A DNA stretch of 64,000 bases from Patescibacteria group bacterium (GCA_039917355.1 JBDSJN010000003.1:135719-199718); one strand, 5' to 3'; positions 10,517-20,197 are shown, counted from the first letter of the stretch. A program made the numbers and translations. Notes: generated by a model not told the origin, from the sequence alone.

Positions 10517-11170
10517 CTATTCAATGATTCCGGACTCTTTTAGCTCCAAACGCAGTTCGTCTAAGAACGAGTGTAAAAATGACGTTCGTGGTTTTGCGAG
10601 CTTCTTTGCATAGTCCGTATGCATTCCTTGCTCCACGAGCAATAGGCGCCGATAGAACAAATCGAGGCCGCTTCCGTGTGCGACAGGTTCCCCTTTTTCG
10701 CAAAACGGGTCTTCTGGCCTATAGAACTGCTGGTTCATCTGGCCTCCGGATGAAAACGTACGCATGATTGAAATCGCGCCCGTTGCTTCGAGCCGATCGG
10801 CATCTTGCAGAACTTTCGCTTCGAGCAGGTCTGGGATAATCCCTTTCGAATAGGAACATTGGCGGATCGCTTCTTGGACAAGCGGAATCTTTTCGCTTGG
10901 ATATTCCTCGATAGATTGCAGGAGTGTTTCGGCGAGCGCTGCGCTCTCGTCAGTTTCATTTTTGCTCTGTGGACTATTTTTCTGATAGACGACGACATCA
11001 TGGAAGCACGCAGCCGCAATAACGACATCAAGATCCGCATGGACACTTTTTGCGATGCGCTCAGCAAGATTCATCACACGTGTGACGTGATGGATATCGT
11101 GCGATGGGTCACTTTTTGTTTGCCGCTCACCAGAAATATGCAGGAGCTTGTCTCGTATCTCTCTTGTCAT
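10517..11170 (-). CDS. HD-domain phosphohydrolase
   Basis: H...HD motif (HDIHHVTRV ... CFHDVV) and downstream D. Confidence 0.7.
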   Translation of the reverse strand: MTREIRDKLLHISGERQTKSDPSHDIHHVTRVMNLAERIAKSVHADLDVVIAAACFHDVVVYQKNSPQSKNETDESAALAETLLQSIEEYPSEKIPLVQEAIRQCSYSKGIIPDLLEAKVLQDADRLEATGAISIMRTFSSGGQMNQQFYRPEDPFCEKGEPVAHGSGLDLFYRRLLLVEQGMHTDYAKKLAKPRTSFLHSFLDELRLELKESGIIE

Positions 11171-11176
11171 ATGGTT

Positions 11177-11560
11177 TTAGCGTTGCATGGCAACAGACGA
11201 AATCGCCCATCCTTGCGGCATGAAGTTATTCCATAGCTTCGGAACAAGTGTAAGCGTCACCTTATCGCGTCCCGCATCACCGCCATGCGCCATTTCTTGG
11301 CTTGTCATGTACACGACCTCGGCGTGCACGGTGTAGTCCTCCCCCGTCTTTTCGATCGACAGGATATCAATCCGCTCGGGCCATGGGCTCGATGTCAGTC
11401 GACCGAGTGCCTGGTCAGGATTCCGTTTCCAACGGTCGCGCAGGTCTGGCGTGAGATATTGCAAATAGCTTTCTTCAATCATCTGCGCGGCAATTTCTGT
11501 CGTTCCCGAAAGCGGGACGTTTTTCAGCACATCGCCAAAACTTTCGACGGTTGTCCGCAC
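11177..11560 (-). CDS. hypothetical protein
   Basis: ORF of 127 aa, co-directional and 6 bp from the HD gene. Confidence 0.4.
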   Translation of the reverse strand: MRTTVESFGDVLKNVPLSGTTEIAAQMIEESYLQYLTPDLRDRWKRNPDQALGRLTSSPWPERIDILSIEKTGEDYTVHAEVVYMTSQEMAHGGDAGRDKVTLTLVPKLWNNFMPQGWAISSVAMQR

Positions 11561-11736
11561 GTCGTCTTCATCTGTTTGGTATTGGATCTCGGCTCCTTCT
11601 TGCCCGTCCCTCTCCTCAAGGACACTGAAGAGATGTGGTCCCCCAAAAATAACGGCGCAAAAAAATGATGAGACTCGAAATGAGTTTCCAAGGGTTTACA
11701 TCAAGGTTACGTAGTTTAAGGAGTTCCAGCATGGAG

Positions 11737-12861
11737 CTAGCGTACCGTTTTGTAGCCGCCAGGAACACCCTTTTTGGAGATCACGACTTGCCAGAGTTGG
11801 TTGTAGCGTGAGCGGAACGTGCCGGCGCAGCAGAGCAGGTAGTATTCCCACATGCGGCGGAAGCGTTCGCCGTATTTTGGTTCGATCTCTTTCCATGTCG
11901 CCATGAAATTGTCGTACCAGGCCATGAGCGTCTTGTCATAGTCTGCGCCAAAGTTGTGCCAGTCTTCCATGACGAACAACCCTTCCATCGCTTTTGCGAT
12001 TTGTGCGACGGACGGAAGCATCGAGTTCGGGAAGATGTACTTATCAAGCCATGGGTCGGTACTTGTCGATGAGATACTCCCTCCGATCGTGTGGACCAAC
12101 GCAACGGATGTCTCGTCTTTCATCGACCGGCTGATGACCTCAAAAAATTCGCGATAGTTTTTATATCCAACGTGTTCCATGAGGCCGACGGAGACGACAC
12201 GATCATATGTGCCACTGACATCGCGATAATCTTGCAAACGCAATTCGACGGGCAGCCCTTTGCACATCTCCATCCCAAGCGCGACCTGCTCTTTGGAGAG
12301 CGTTACGCCGAGAACCTTTGCGCCATATTTTTCTGCGGCAAATTTTGAGAAACATCCCCAACCGCATCCAAGATCAAGAACCGTCATCCCAGGCTTGAGC
12401 CCGATCTTTCGGCAGACGAGATCAAATTTTGCTTCTTGTGCGTCGTCGAGGTTCTTTGATTCATTCCAATACCCGCACGTGTACGCCATGCGTTTGTCGA
12501 GCATGCGCGTGTAGAGGTCGTTTCCGATGTCGTAGTGTGCTTGGACGCTCTTGAGTGAGCGCTTTGCTTCTTGGCGGTTCACGACGTGTGAGACGTAGGC
12601 ATTTACGATTGCGGGGAGGTAATTCCCCATGTCTTTGCGGATCTCATCTGAACGCAACAGCTTGGTAAAGAAGGTGTCGAGTTCATTCGCATCCCACCAG
12701 CCATCCATGTAGCTCTCGCCAAGGCCAAGAGAGCCGCCACGCATGACGTGGCCGTAGAATCGCTGATCGTTCACACGAATATCTCCCGGTTTGTCGCCGC
12801 CAATGGTGATGTCTGCCTTCTGCAAAATATCGCGAGTAGCTTGTTCTGGGTTGAGGGTCAT
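11737..12861 (-). CDS. cyclopropane-fatty-acyl-phospholipid synthase family methyltransferase (Cfa/BfaB-like)
   Basis: SAM motif VLDLGCGWG and the Cfa-family N-terminal region. Lies 4 bp downstream of the FAD oxidoreductase. Confidence 0.8.
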   Translation of the reverse strand: MTLNPEQATRDILQKADITIGGDKPGDIRVNDQRFYGHVMRGGSLGLGESYMDGWWDANELDTFFTKLLRSDEIRKDMGNYLPAIVNAYVSHVVNRQEAKRSLKSVQAHYDIGNDLYTRMLDKRMAYTCGYWNESKNLDDAQEAKFDLVCRKIGLKPGMTVLDLGCGWGCFSKFAAEKYGAKVLGVTLSKEQVALGMEMCKGLPVELRLQDYRDVSGTYDRVVSVGLMEHVGYKNYREFFEVISRSMKDETSVALVHTIGGSISSTSTDPWLDKYIFPNSMLPSVAQIAKAMEGLFVMEDWHNFGADYDKTLMAWYDNFMATWKEIEPKYGERFRRMWEYYLLCCAGTFRSRYNQLWQVVISKKGVPGGYKTVR

Positions 12862-12865
12862 AAGT

Positions 12866-14299
12866 TTATGTGCGTAAGACGCATTTATCGTAGAGGTTTT
12901 TGAGGGCGCTTGAGGGGTCGTATTTCTGTTTCAGCTCGTCATACCGTGGCTTGTTATAGAGGCTCCAGAACTCGTCACGGGAATAATAGGATGTCGAGTA
13001 GAGGGACTTCTTTCCATCAAGTTCTTTGACCTTTTCTTCGATGAGCTGGTTGTAGTATCCGTCTTCTTTTTCTGACTTCACGCCATCCCAGAAGCCGAAG
13101 TTGAGATAAAGCGTATTTGGGTCCATCGCGTAGAGGTCGAATGCCTTGGTGGGATCGAGCTGCATCGTTGGGCAAATCCAGACGTATGCGATGCCAATTT
13201 TTTCTTTAAAGAACGAAAGGAATTTTTCTGACTGGTCAATTGGTATTTCGACGTCCTGGATGACTGGTTCTGATCGACCTCTGAAATATTCGAGGAATTT
13301 AGTGATGCCGTGGCGGTTGCAATAGTCGCGGATCTTCCAGTACGTCGTCGATCGCAAGCGCTTCTTTCCATACACGATGCGACGGATGAAAGGGTTCTCT
13401 GCCCCAAAGAACCGAGAGCACCAGAACCAATCTGTATCCCAACGCCATATGTATTGTTCGGCCGTGACGTAATCCGTCCGTTTTGTCGCGAGCGATTTGT
13501 AGTAAATATTCCCTTCTGTGTAATCGCTGATGTTCGGCGCTGTTTCAACAAACGTTCCACGCGTGAGATAGAGTTTCCCGTCTGGAAGAATCGCGCCATC
13601 GATATAGTCTGCTGACCCATCCTCTCTCGCTTTGAGGCACGCATTTTTAATCGCGGTGAGGAATTTTGTTGTTTCCGTAAACGTTTCGCGTTCCAGTTTG
13701 ACGAATGGTTTTGCTCTGAGGAGCTTTACCTTGAGGCGAAGCGCATACCCAAGCGTCCCATAGGAATTCGCAAAACCAAAGAAGAGGTCGCGGTGTTCGT
13801 TATCCGCTGTACACGTCACGACGCGTCCGTCGCCAAGGAGGACGTCTATCTCGAGGACGGTTTCGTGGACAAGCCCGAATTTAAATGAGGAGGATTCAAT
13901 CCCGATCCCAGTCACCGCTCCCCCGAGTGTGATGGATTTGAGTTCAGGGACAACCGTTGGCAAGCACCCATGTAACAACGCGACGCGCACGAATTCTTCG
14001 TACGTCGTCATGCCTTCGACTTCTGCGGTCAGGTTTTCTGCATCAACCGAAATGACGTGATTGAAGTCACGGACGTTCACCTTGGTGGACCGTTCCTGGA
14101 CGCGTGTCCGAAACAGGTTCGATGACGGCTTCCCGCTCAGGGCAAGTTTTTCATCGTGAGGCCGTGCCGCTTGGCCTTCGCGGACAGAGGCCGAAAGCTT
14201 GGTCTTTTTAGACTCGTAGGCGGCGTGTGCGTCCGCAAACTCCGACTTCATATTGAGCGCAATGGTACGGAAAAACGGATGAAACGTCAATAATCGCAT
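12866..14299 (-). CDS. FAD-binding (PCMH-type) oxidoreductase, BfaA-like
   Basis: FAD_binding_4-like region (…SITLGGAVTGIGIESSSFKFGLVHE…). The true start is uncertain; the ORF-track start at 14332 would overlap the divergent gene start. Confidence 0.7.
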   Translation of the reverse strand: MRLLTFHPFFRTIALNMKSEFADAHAAYESKKTKLSASVREGQAARPHDEKLALSGKPSSNLFRTRVQERSTKVNVRDFNHVISVDAENLTAEVEGMTTYEEFVRVALLHGCLPTVVPELKSITLGGAVTGIGIESSSFKFGLVHETVLEIDVLLGDGRVVTCTADNEHRDLFFGFANSYGTLGYALRLKVKLLRAKPFVKLERETFTETTKFLTAIKNACLKAREDGSADYIDGAILPDGKLYLTRGTFVETAPNISDYTEGNIYYKSLATKRTDYVTAEQYIWRWDTDWFWCSRFFGAENPFIRRIVYGKKRLRSTTYWKIRDYCNRHGITKFLEYFRGRSEPVIQDVEIPIDQSEKFLSFFKEKIGIAYVWICPTMQLDPTKAFDLYAMDPNTLYLNFGFWDGVKSEKEDGYYNQLIEEKVKELDGKKSLYSTSYYSRDEFWSLYNKPRYDELKQKYDPSSALKNLYDKCVLRT

Positions 14300-14332
14300 T
14301 GACTTTTCTGTGCATCGTCCTATCCTTACCAT

Positions 14333-14974
14333 ATGTTCTTCCCTTTGAGCCTTTTCCTTTCCGCTGCAGTCGCTTCCAGCTCACTGCAGGTTCCGTATGT
14401 CTCCCAAGTCCCGGATGGGGCCTGGGTCGCGCCATGGGATGAGGCATGTGAAGAAGCAAGTATTGTGATGATTGATGGATACTATCATCGAACCGGTCGA
14501 CCTACGGATGGCGGGAGAGCACAGATGCAATCAATGATTGACTGGGAGAACGAAACATTCAAGGTATATAAGGACACTGATGCCAACCAGACGGTGCAGT
14601 TGATCCGTCACGAAGATGCATTTGGCGCAGTGCGAAAGCAGGATCCTTCGCTCGTAAGCATCAAGCGCGAATTGAAGGCGAAACGTCCAGTCATCGCTCT
14701 TGTGAATATGTATGCGTTGTATGGTGAACAGTCCCTCGGCGACTCATATCACGTCCTCGTCATTACGGGATACGATGACGACACAAAGGAGTTCATCGTG
14801 AATGATCCTGCAAGAGAACGGAAGACGTATGCATACGATACGGTCATGGACGCGCTTCATGATTACAACCCAAACACAAAAGAAGCAGACGGGACACCGA
14901 CGGTTATCTTCACGTATAAGAAAGGACTCGCCTCTTCCTTCTTCACCTTTGTACAGAATCTGTTCCGTCGCTAG
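14333..14974 (+). CDS. secreted peptidase C39-like (YvpB/BtrH-like) protein
   Basis: Signal peptide. PYVSQ...ACEEASIVM Cys region and downstream SYHVLVITGYDDD His region. Confidence 0.5.
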   Translation: MFFPLSLFLSAAVASSSLQVPYVSQVPDGAWVAPWDEACEEASIVMIDGYYHRTGRPTDGGRAQMQSMIDWENETFKVYKDTDANQTVQLIRHEDAFGAVRKQDPSLVSIKRELKAKRPVIALVNMYALYGEQSLGDSYHVLVITGYDDDTKEFIVNDPARERKTYAYDTVMDALHDYNPNTKEADGTPTVIFTYKKGLASSFFTFVQNLFRR

Positions 14975-14976
14975 AT

Positions 14977-15012
14977 ACAAAAAACCATCCGCCTCAGGCG
15001 GATGGTTTTTGA
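14977..15012. terminator. bidirectional rho-independent terminator
   Basis: A-run, then stem ccatccgcc, loop tcag, stem ggcggatgg, then ttttt. Sits between convergent genes. Confidence 0.8.
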
Positions 15013-15019
15013 TTGGTGT

Positions 15020-15454
15020 TTAGCCGAGGTCGAATTCGTCATCGCCCTTTGGGAGCTTGGCGTTCAACAGTTTCATGATCGTATCAAGTTTGAGGTTGAT
15101 CGTGCGAAGCTGTTCTTCGACGCGATGGTTGTCTCCGCCTCCGCTTGATGGGCGGCTTTCACGGCTTTCGCTACGTTCGCTGCGATCACGGAACGATGGC
15201 TTGTCACCATCTTCGCGGTTAAAGCAGTTGCTGCAGTAGACCGGCTTGCGGCCATTCGGACGGAACGGCACTCGGCAGTCCTTGCCGCAGGTGGCACAGA
15301 CAGCGTCAAACGATTCCGGGCGGTCGCCGCTGAAGGAATCGCGCTTGAACGACGGGCGTGCGCCACGGTCGCCAAACGACGGACGGCTCCCGCCGAACTT
15401 CTTTTCACCAAATTTCTTTCCGCCGGAGTGACCGGAGCGCTGGGGTTTGTACAT
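15020..15454 (-). CDS. RG/S-rich zinc-ribbon protein (putative nucleic-acid binding)
   Basis: CATCGKDC...PFRPNGRKPVYCSNCF (CxxC-x17-CxxC). Flanked by Arg/Gly/Ser-rich low-complexity regions and a C-terminal helix. Confidence 0.6.
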   Translation of the reverse strand: MYKPQRSGHSGGKKFGEKKFGGSRPSFGDRGARPSFKRDSFSGDRPESFDAVCATCGKDCRVPFRPNGRKPVYCSNCFNREDGDKPSFRDRSERSESRESRPSSGGGDNHRVEEQLRTINLKLDTIMKLLNAKLPKGDDEFDLG

Positions 15455-15468
15455 AAGAGAAGACGCGC

Positions 15469-15497
15469 ACTATACCTGATTTTGTTGGTTTTGGCAA
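15469..15497 (-). promoter_or_regulatory. sigma-70-like promoter: -35 TTGCCA, 17-nt spacer, -10 TATAGT
   Basis: Read on the minus strand. The -10 ends about 14 nt before the ATG at 15454, giving a very short or leaderless transcript. A divergent TATAAT lies at 15528-15533 for the plus-strand gene. Confidence 0.55.
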
Positions 15498-15544
15498 GCC
15501 TCTGGGGTCGATTGATGTAAAGTAGGCTATAATCCCAGCATAAC

Positions 15545-16777
15545 ATGAGAATTGCGATTATTGGCGGTGGCGCAGCCGGACTCATGGCGGCGGCCACAAT
15601 CCACGAACTCCACTCAGAAACGGAGCTTTTTTTGATCGAAAAAAACGACGGTTTAGGCAAAAAAGTGATCATTTCTGGGGGTGGCCGCTGCAATGTGACG
15701 ACGGGGATTCCAGATGTCCGCTCGGTCCTGACGCGCTACCCTCGGGGCAATAAATTTCTCTCCTCCGCGATCTACTCCTTCCCTCCCGCCGCCGTTTATG
15801 ACTGGTTCGAGTCCCATGGAGTACCTCTCAAGATCGAAGACGACCTGCGCGTCTTTCCGCAATCAAACAACGGGAAGGATATCGTTGGCGTCTTTGAACA
15901 GATGTTCCGTCATTCGAGCGTTCGGACATATTTGAAAGCGTCCGCGACTCGAGTCTTGAAGCAGGGTGACAAGTTCCACGTCTTTCTGAAAGATAAGGAC
16001 GAACCACTTATCGTCGACAAGTTGATCCTTACGACTGGCGGACAAGCGTATCGCCACACCGGATCGACGGGAGATGGATATGCCTTCGCAATGTCCCTCG
16101 GCCACACACTCACTCCCCTCGCCCCAAGTTTGAATTCGTTTACGACACAAGAAAAATGGACCGCAGATGTTTCGGGCTTATCCTTCGAAAAAGCAAAACT
16201 CTCGTCATCACGAGATAGGAAATTTCATTTCACCGGACCGTTTCTCTTCACTCATAAGGGCGTGAGTGGTCCCGCCGTCTTCGCGCTCTCGTCTCTCGTT
16301 GCATTTGAAGTGTATGATGCAAACAAGCCGCTCGACATCGTGATTGATATTTTCCCAGACCAATCCCCTGACGATGTCCGTGCAGAGATCGAACGCGTCA
16401 CAACAGAAAATCCAAAAAAGAATATCGTGAACGTGCTCGGCTTTGTCATTCCTAAATCGCTCGCAGAAGTGATGTGTCGCGAATTGGAATTGCCAGACAA
16501 GCGCGCGAATGAACTATCAAAAACAGAGATGCGCTCGATCGTCGCTTGGCTCAAAGGAATACCGCTCCAGGCTATCGGTCGTGGCGCAGGTGATGAGTTC
16601 GTGACGGCAGGCGGCATCCCGCTCACGGAAGTTGATCCGAGCACGATGGAATCAAAGCTGTGTCCCGATTTGTATTTTGCAGGCGAAATCCTCGACGTCG
16701 ATGGCTACACGGGCGGGTTCAACCTCCAGGCCTCTTGGGCAACGGGGAGATTGGCTGGACAATCGGCTTCGGAATAG
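15545..16777 (+). CDS. NAD(P)/FAD-dependent oxidoreductase, HI0933/BaiN family
   Basis: IAIIGGGAAGLMAA dinucleotide-binding motif. Length and C-terminal GG motif are typical of the HI0933 family. Confidence 0.8.
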   Translation: MRIAIIGGGAAGLMAAATIHELHSETELFLIEKNDGLGKKVIISGGGRCNVTTGIPDVRSVLTRYPRGNKFLSSAIYSFPPAAVYDWFESHGVPLKIEDDLRVFPQSNNGKDIVGVFEQMFRHSSVRTYLKASATRVLKQGDKFHVFLKDKDEPLIVDKLILTTGGQAYRHTGSTGDGYAFAMSLGHTLTPLAPSLNSFTTQEKWTADVSGLSFEKAKLSSSRDRKFHFTGPFLFTHKGVSGPAVFALSSLVAFEVYDANKPLDIVIDIFPDQSPDDVRAEIERVTTENPKKNIVNVLGFVIPKSLAEVMCRELELPDKRANELSKTEMRSIVAWLKGIPLQAIGRGAGDEFVTAGGIPLTEVDPSTMESKLCPDLYFAGEILDVDGYTGGFNLQASWATGRLAGQSASE

Positions 16778-16778
16778 C

Positions 16779-17630
16779 CTATTTCTTGTCGTACAACTCC
16801 ACCGCTTTCTTTCCCACCATCATCGCAAGCCCGCCGCCTGGCACAAAGTTGGCGACTTCTTTTCCAAACTCAAAGAGTTCCGCGTTGCTAAATGACTTGC
16901 GCATCCGTTCTGCGATTTTGTTTGCTTGTGGTCGTAGCTCCCCTGTCACGCCATCAAATGAGATCGTGACCCGCTTATCCTTCGTCTTCCAATGGAGTTC
17001 AAACGTGTAGATCGGAACAAAATAGAGCGCAAGTTCCGTGATGGCGATTTGTTCATCTAAAACTTGGTCTGCCTGGATGGGTTTGATGAGACCGTTCACA
17101 ACTTTACGCACGAGGAACGCTGGCTTTGCTTCGAGCGCAACAATTGGTGTCCCGTCCTTCGTGAGGACGTCCGTTGAATCAATTTGGTTGCTCAAGTAGC
17201 CAAGATATTTTGCGAATGCACCTGGCTCGCCATTCTGCGCGTTCACAATCTCTTCCGCGTGATAATCCTCGATGCAATGCTCGATCCCTTCGATCTCAAA
17301 TGAGGAAGTCTCTGACGAAGCTTGGAACGTCGTATTGAGCAGCTCGACATCACGCACCATCTTTTCAACAGGGATCCTGTATGACTTCCGTCGTTTGTAT
17401 TCAAATCGGGCCATCCCACGAACACACCAGAACGCATCAAAGCGTTTTTCTTCGTATGAGATGACGATATCCTCCGGCTTTGGACGGCTGAGCAGGCCTG
17501 CGAGCATTCCGAATGCTTTCAGTTTCTGCTCTTCGGCCAATGTCCGCGCCTTCTCCATCCCAAGGACATCCTCGAGCGCCAAGAGGCGTTCCCCATCAAT
17601 CTTGATATTGCTGATTCCTTCGCCAGGCAT
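16779..17630 (-). CDS. hypothetical protein
   Basis: 283 aa with no TM helix and no recognisable motif. Co-directional downstream of pirin. Confidence 0.5.
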   Translation of the reverse strand: MPGEGISNIKIDGERLLALEDVLGMEKARTLAEEQKLKAFGMLAGLLSRPKPEDIVISYEEKRFDAFWCVRGMARFEYKRRKSYRIPVEKMVRDVELLNTTFQASSETSSFEIEGIEHCIEDYHAEEIVNAQNGEPGAFAKYLGYLSNQIDSTDVLTKDGTPIVALEAKPAFLVRKVVNGLIKPIQADQVLDEQIAITELALYFVPIYTFELHWKTKDKRVTISFDGVTGELRPQANKIAERMRKSFSNAELFEFGKEVANFVPGGGLAMMVGKKAVELYDKK

Positions 17631-17647
17631 ATGTTGGATGGATGGTA

Positions 17648-18340
17648 CTACGGAAGGTCAAAAAAGAGGAAATGCGCGTTTGAGATGGCAGTAAGCACCG
17701 CTTCTGTTTCTTCGAACAAGGCGCACGCGTCTCCTGCTGTCAGGACTTCGTTGTTTATTTTAAGCTCCCCGCTGATGAGCTGAATCCATACCCGTCGACC
17801 AGAAAGGATCGGATATGTGAGGGCGCCTCCCGCTTCGAACATGCCTCGCGAGACGGATGCGTTTTGTCGAATGGCAATTGATTCGTCACGACCTGTTGGT
17901 GAGGCGATGAGCTGGAGTTCGTCGTGTTTGGCGTCGCTGAGTTCCTTCTCTTCGTATTGCGGCGTCGCATGATAAATATTCGGCTCGATCCAAATTTGTA
18001 GCAGGTGGACCGCGCTTTCTTCCGGATTGAACTCGCTATGCATCACGCCCGTCCCTGCCGACATGTATTGCGCCTGGTTTGGACGGATGATCGAACCGTT
18101 TCCCATGCTGTCTTTGTGCTCAAGCGCACCATCAATCACATACGTGATGATTTCCATATCGTTATGGAAATGTTCACCAAATCCCTGTTTCCCTTGGATC
18201 CGGTCTTCGTTGATCACGCGTAGCGGTCCAAAACCCATCCAATCAGGGTCGTAATAATTCGCAAACGAAAATGTGTGATAGCTATCGAGCCACCCATGTT
18301 CCACATGGCCACGTTCATTCGAACGACGGATTTTCATCAT
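17648..18340 (-). CDS. pirin family protein
   Basis: Cupin motifs HPHRGFE-like (GFGEHFHNDMEI) and the N-terminal pirin signature. Confidence 0.8.
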   Translation of the reverse strand: MMKIRRSNERGHVEHGWLDSYHTFSFANYYDPDWMGFGPLRVINEDRIQGKQGFGEHFHNDMEIITYVIDGALEHKDSMGNGSIIRPNQAQYMSAGTGVMHSEFNPEESAVHLLQIWIEPNIYHATPQYEEKELSDAKHDELQLIASPTGRDESIAIRQNASVSRGMFEAGGALTYPILSGRRVWIQLISGELKINNEVLTAGDACALFEETEAVLTAISNAHFLFFDLP

Positions 18341-18918
18341 AGTTTGTGTTTCTTTGCTTTAAAACATCCAACCATATGGTCATCTACCATGCCAACGGCC
18401 TGCATATGGGCATAGATGACTGTCGGGCCGAGGAATTTGAATCCACGCTTCTTCAAATCTTTTGCCCACGCATCCGCTTCGGGAATCGTGACGGGATAAT
18501 CTTTCGGTGTCTTGATCGTGTGCCGGATCGTCTTCCCCTTCACCCACGACCACATATATTTCGAGAACGTCCCAAATTCTTTTTGGACTTCCATGAACCG
18601 CTTTGCGTTATTGATCGCCGCTTCAATCTTCATACGGTTCCGTACGATCCCCGCATCATTCATAAGTGACGCAGACTTCCGTTTATCAAACGTCGCAACT
18701 TTCTTATAATCAAAACTCGCAAACGCTTTTTTAAAGTTCTCACGCTTATACAAAATCGTCCGCCACGAAAGTCCGGCTTGGAACGCTTCTAGGACAAGGA
18801 ATTCGTAGATCTTCTGGTCGTCGTGAACAGGGACGCCCCACTCCGTATCGTGGTATGTGATGTAGAGCTTGTCGTTCGCGCCGGGCCAGTGGCAGCGCTT
18901 GAGGGATTTCATCTGCAT
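18337..18918 (-). CDS. tag: DNA-3-methyladenine glycosylase I
   Basis: YHDTEWGVP...FQAGLSWRTIL Tag signature and C-terminal Cys/His. Confidence 0.85.
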   Translation of the reverse strand: MQMKSLKRCHWPGANDKLYITYHDTEWGVPVHDDQKIYEFLVLEAFQAGLSWRTILYKRENFKKAFASFDYKKVATFDKRKSASLMNDAGIVRNRMKIEAAINNAKRFMEVQKEFGTFSKYMWSWVKGKTIRHTIKTPKDYPVTIPEADAWAKDLKKRGFKFLGPTVIYAHMQAVGMVDDHMVGCFKAKKHKL

Positions 18919-18934
18919 AGGCTAACACTTGAAT

Positions 18935-18970
18935 CAAAAAACCACCACGCTCGTGGTGGTTTTTCTTTTC
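18935..18970. terminator. rho-independent terminator (accaccacg/cgtggtggt hairpin)
   Basis: Perfect 9-bp stem, with an A-run on one side and a T-run on the other. Lies downstream of the SRPBCC gene stop. Confidence 0.75.
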
Positions 18971-18977
18971 GTGATTG

Positions 18978-19445
18978 TTACTTCGCCATGAGCTGTTCCA
19001 GATGTACAACCATCTCTGTCCAGCCACCGCGCTGCAGTTCTTCGCTATTTTCTGTTTCAAGCGCGAGGACGAGGATGACTTTCGTCTTGTCCCCTTCTTC
19101 GATGAAATCCACCGTGACCGGACGCCCATCGGCGATCGTGTACGCGATCCGTTCTGGTTCTTTCATCTCTGTAAATGTCCCTTCGAAGGCAAAGTCATTC
19201 TTGCCATCTGGTGACTTGAAGCCGATGTCGAACTTTCCACCGACGTGAGCATCGACCTTGGCGTATGGCGTGCTCCACCCTTCTGTCGCGTAATGCCATT
19301 GCTTGAGTTGCTCTGAGTCAATCCATGCCTTGAACACACGTTCGCGTGGTGCGTTGATGGTCCGTTCGATTGTGATTGTTTTGTATTCCTGTTCCATAAT
19401 ATTGCTCGAGATATGCTGCGAGGCGCCAAAGTTATTTGCGAACAA
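18978..19445 (-). CDS. SRPBCC (Aha1-like) domain protein
   Basis: RERVFKAWIDSEQLKQW region typical of the AHSA1/SRPBCC family. Confidence 0.75.
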   Translation of the reverse strand: MFANNFGASQHISSNIMEQEYKTITIERTINAPRERVFKAWIDSEQLKQWHYATEGWSTPYAKVDAHVGGKFDIGFKSPDGKNDFAFEGTFTEMKEPERIAYTIADGRPVTVDFIEEGDKTKVILVLALETENSEELQRGGWTEMVVHLEQLMAK

Positions 19446-19827
19446 AGAGTGATTTGAACTTGTCCCAGTAGGCGTAGCCCATGAACATGTTCATCGCGCT
19501 GATGATGATCCCAGATGGGAGGTATTGTGGGCCGACTTGGGAGTCAAACACGATGACACCGATGCAAATCGGAGCGACGAAGATCGCGGCAAGCGCTGGC
19601 AAGAATCCCGTGATGAACATGATCCCTGCGACGATTTCCGTCACTTTGATCATTTGGAAGATGCCCATGGACCAGAGCGCCATCGAGGCAGGGATCATTT
19701 CTGCTGGAACGCCTTGCATGTTGTTCATTCCTGCCATAAGGCCGGAGATCCCGCTAAAGACGAACATGAGACCGAGGAGCGTGCGGACGACAATGACGAG
19801 CCACTTATTGCGAAAGTTGAGCTTCAT
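19432..19827 (-). CDS. DoxX family membrane protein
   Basis: Four TM helices and a DoxX-like N-terminus (VVRTLLGLMFVFSG). Confidence 0.7.
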   Translation of the reverse strand: MKLNFRNKWLVIVVRTLLGLMFVFSGISGLMAGMNNMQGVPAEMIPASMALWSMGIFQMIKVTEIVAGIMFITGFLPALAAIFVAPICIGVIVFDSQVGPQYLPSGIIISAMNMFMGYAYWDKFKSLFVRK

Positions 19828-19844
19828 AGAAAAGAGATTCAGTA

Positions 19845-20171
19845 TTATTTATTCTTTATAAGATATGCTTCGAGCCGGTCAAACCGGTCAGTCCATTCTG
19901 CTTCGTACAGCTTGAGGAACGCTGATGCATCACGGATTGCGGCGGGTGATGCGTGCACGAGCTGCTGTTTCCCCTGTCGTCGCTTGAGGATGAGTTTTGC
20001 CTCCTCAAGGACTTTTAGGTGTTTTGAGATGGCGGCGAGTGTCAGTTTGTACGGCTTCGCGACTTCACCGACGGGCAGTTCCTTTTTTCCGACGCGTTTC
20101 AGAATATCGCGCCGAGTGGGGTCTGCCAGGGCGCTAAAGATGGAATTGAGTTGGAGTGTCGTTGAGGTCAT
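19845..20171 (-). CDS. ArsR/SmtB family transcriptional regulator
   Basis: ALADPTRRDILKRV...ISKHLKVLEEAKL winged-HTH signature. Internal Met start chosen. Confidence 0.8.
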   Translation of the reverse strand: MTSTTLQLNSIFSALADPTRRDILKRVGKKELPVGEVAKPYKLTLAAISKHLKVLEEAKLILKRRQGKQQLVHASPAAIRDASAFLKLYEAEWTDRFDRLEAYLIKNK

Positions 20172-20197
20172 CGTGGGTAAGGAATGAAAATACACTT

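Noticed and set aside
13078-13644. 188-aa alternate-frame ORF inside the FAD oxidoreductase gene
   Set aside because: It is a same-strand shadow frame with no motifs. The primary frame has the FAD-binding signature.
15073-15693. 206-aa minus-strand ORF spanning the zinc-ribbon gene and the promoter region
   Set aside because: It is out of frame with the zinc-ribbon gene and crosses the divergent promoters. Its Ala/Arg-rich composition is a GC artefact.
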